Assembly: GCA_030674455.1 (NCBI GenBank)
Contig: JAUSGQ010000007.1
Span: 83,947-147,946, forward strand
Source of the DNA: a bacterium
GTDB taxonomy: Bacteria; Patescibacteriota; Minisyncoccia; Phycocordibacterales; UBA2100
Direction: 5' to 3'
DNA: 64,000 bases
Shown one piece after another: positions 62,988 to 64,000 of the stretch (position 1 is the stretch's first letter; each line of letters begins with the position of its first letter). Below the pieces are notes generated by a model. That model was not told where the DNA came from. It did not search any database and worked only from the letters and a program-made list of their open reading frames with translations. A program made the position numbers and the translations under genes.

Positions 62988-64000
62988 TTATGCAGTCCAG
63001 TGAACCATTAATAAGTTAAAGTCGAACACGTCGACTGTGCCGTTGCCGTCGAAGTCGGCAACGACTGTCGCTCCCTTCTCGCCCCAATGCACCATCAGGG
63101 AATTGAAGTCGAGGACGTCGATATGATTGTCGTTATTGGTGTCATACACCTTCTGTGCTGCGGTGAGCGCTGTGACTGTTGGCGTGACAGTTGGAGTGGT
63201 GTTCGTAGTCCCACCACCTCCTCCTCCGCCACCGCTCGGCGCCGGAGCCGGAGCCGGAGCCGGATTAGCCGCCAACGAACCGAAACTCGTGAAGTGGTAG
63301 GTCACAATCTTGGTATTAGTGCCGTCGCTGATCGAGCATTCGCTATTCGCCGGCGGATTACCTGGGGTTGCATAGGGGCTGGCACACACATTAGTAATCC
63401 GCACCCAGGTATCCGAGCCGGACGGCCGATATCCTACAGCCCCTGTAACGCCCGTCAGCACTAGCGTGACCGGTTTATCGAAGGTTAACGTTCCGTCGGG
63501 TGACCCGACTGAAACGACCGTGCTCCCAACACTATATCCGGCGGGAGCACTCCCGCCGCTTGGCGTACCGGAAACCGGCGGGGTTACCTTGCCATCCCAT
63601 CCGGACGGACCGGTAATTTTAGTCCCGTCGGGGAAGCTCGCGCTCACGCTGCTCAATGCGGAGTTGGTCAATACGATTGGCGTACCAGAAACACCTGAGT
63701 TGAGCGTGACCGCACGCCCGCTCAATCCGGACGATAGGTTCATTACGGTCGTGTCGTTCAAGACAACATTCGTCGCTCCTGCGGGCAAGCTAACCGACCC
63801 CGCGCCAGCAGAGGTGACCGAAACATCTGCGCCGTTGCCAAATACCGTATCACTAGGCACGGCTGTAGTGAAATTCAATTCTGTGTGTTCCCCATTCGCA
63901 AACACGGCCGTTGCACCGGTATCAACAGAGTCAATAAAGAACTTCAGAATTGACCCGGTTCTATTATTGTCTGGGTCAGTAACGAACAGTAGGTCGGGAT
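62988..64000 (-). CDS. Secreted protein with C-terminal dockerin-like domain (5'-truncated by window)
   Basis: Frame open to the window end; duplicated DTNNDNHIDVLDF / DFDGNGTVDVFDF calcium-loop motifs. Confidence 0.82.
   Translation of the reverse strand, partial: PDLLFVTDPDNNRTGSILKFFIDSVDTGATAVFANGEHTELNFTTAVPSDTVFGNGADVSVTSAGAGSVSLPAGATNVVLNDTTVMNLSSGLSGRAVTLNSGVSGTPIVLTNSALSSVSASFPDGTKITGPSGWDGKVTPPVSGTPSGGSAPAGYSVGSTVVSVGSPDGTLTFDKPVTLVLTGVTGAVGYRPSGSDTWVRITNVCASPYATPGNPPANSECSISDGTNTKIVTYHFTSFGSLAANPAPAPAPAPSGGGGGGGGTTNTTPTVTPTVTALTAAQKVYDTNNDNHIDVLDFNSLMVHWGEKGATVVADFDGNGTVDVFDFNLLMVHWTA

Noticed and set aside
63210-63266. GCCGGA and CCT/CCA short tandem repeats
   Set aside because: They encode an ordinary Pro-Ala and Gly linker
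1-64000. Alternative genetic code (TGA read as Gly) and RNA genes
   Set aside because: Conserved genes such as dnaK, trpS and leuS end at TGA at the expected length; no tRNA or rRNA-like sequence was recognised by eye

Overview
A 64-kb chromosomal segment, most likely from a Patescibacteria (CPR, Parcubacteria-like) genome read in genetic code 11. The assignment rests on the short L13, GAD-less AspRS, reduced dcw cluster and many secreted peptidoglycan-binding proteins. Core genes: rpoA-rplQ-rplM-rpsI, grpE-dnaK-dnaJ, trpS-aspS-scpAB, mraY-ftsW-murG-gltX, lexA-like/dinB, a Xer-type recombinase, rpmA, rplI, otsAB, a P-type ATPase, ctpA, corA, cysS, leuS and ychF. Gene orientation flips from mostly + to mostly - at about 39.7 kb, next to the Xer gene and two dif-like sites, suggesting the replication terminus. 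The most unusual signal is a dense set of palindromic micro-elements. Single genes (two RAYT/HUH transposases, a PaaX/Cas2-like gene, an ArsR gene, an orphan MazF/PemK gene) are each bracketed by their own palindrome or repeat pair, some with a duplicated head or tail. About 100-bp elements recur at operon junctions, and short hairpins are written in frame into LeuRS, YchF, CysRS and a secreted protein. Other oddities are an alpha/beta-hydrolase inside LeuRS, a membrane sensor fused to OtsA, a kinase plus degenerate dehydrogenase-phosphatase island, a roughly 1900-aa surface metalloprotease and a cohesin/dockerin pair. No rRNA, tRNA or CRISPR array was seen. All calls are from reading motifs by eye; no searches were run.
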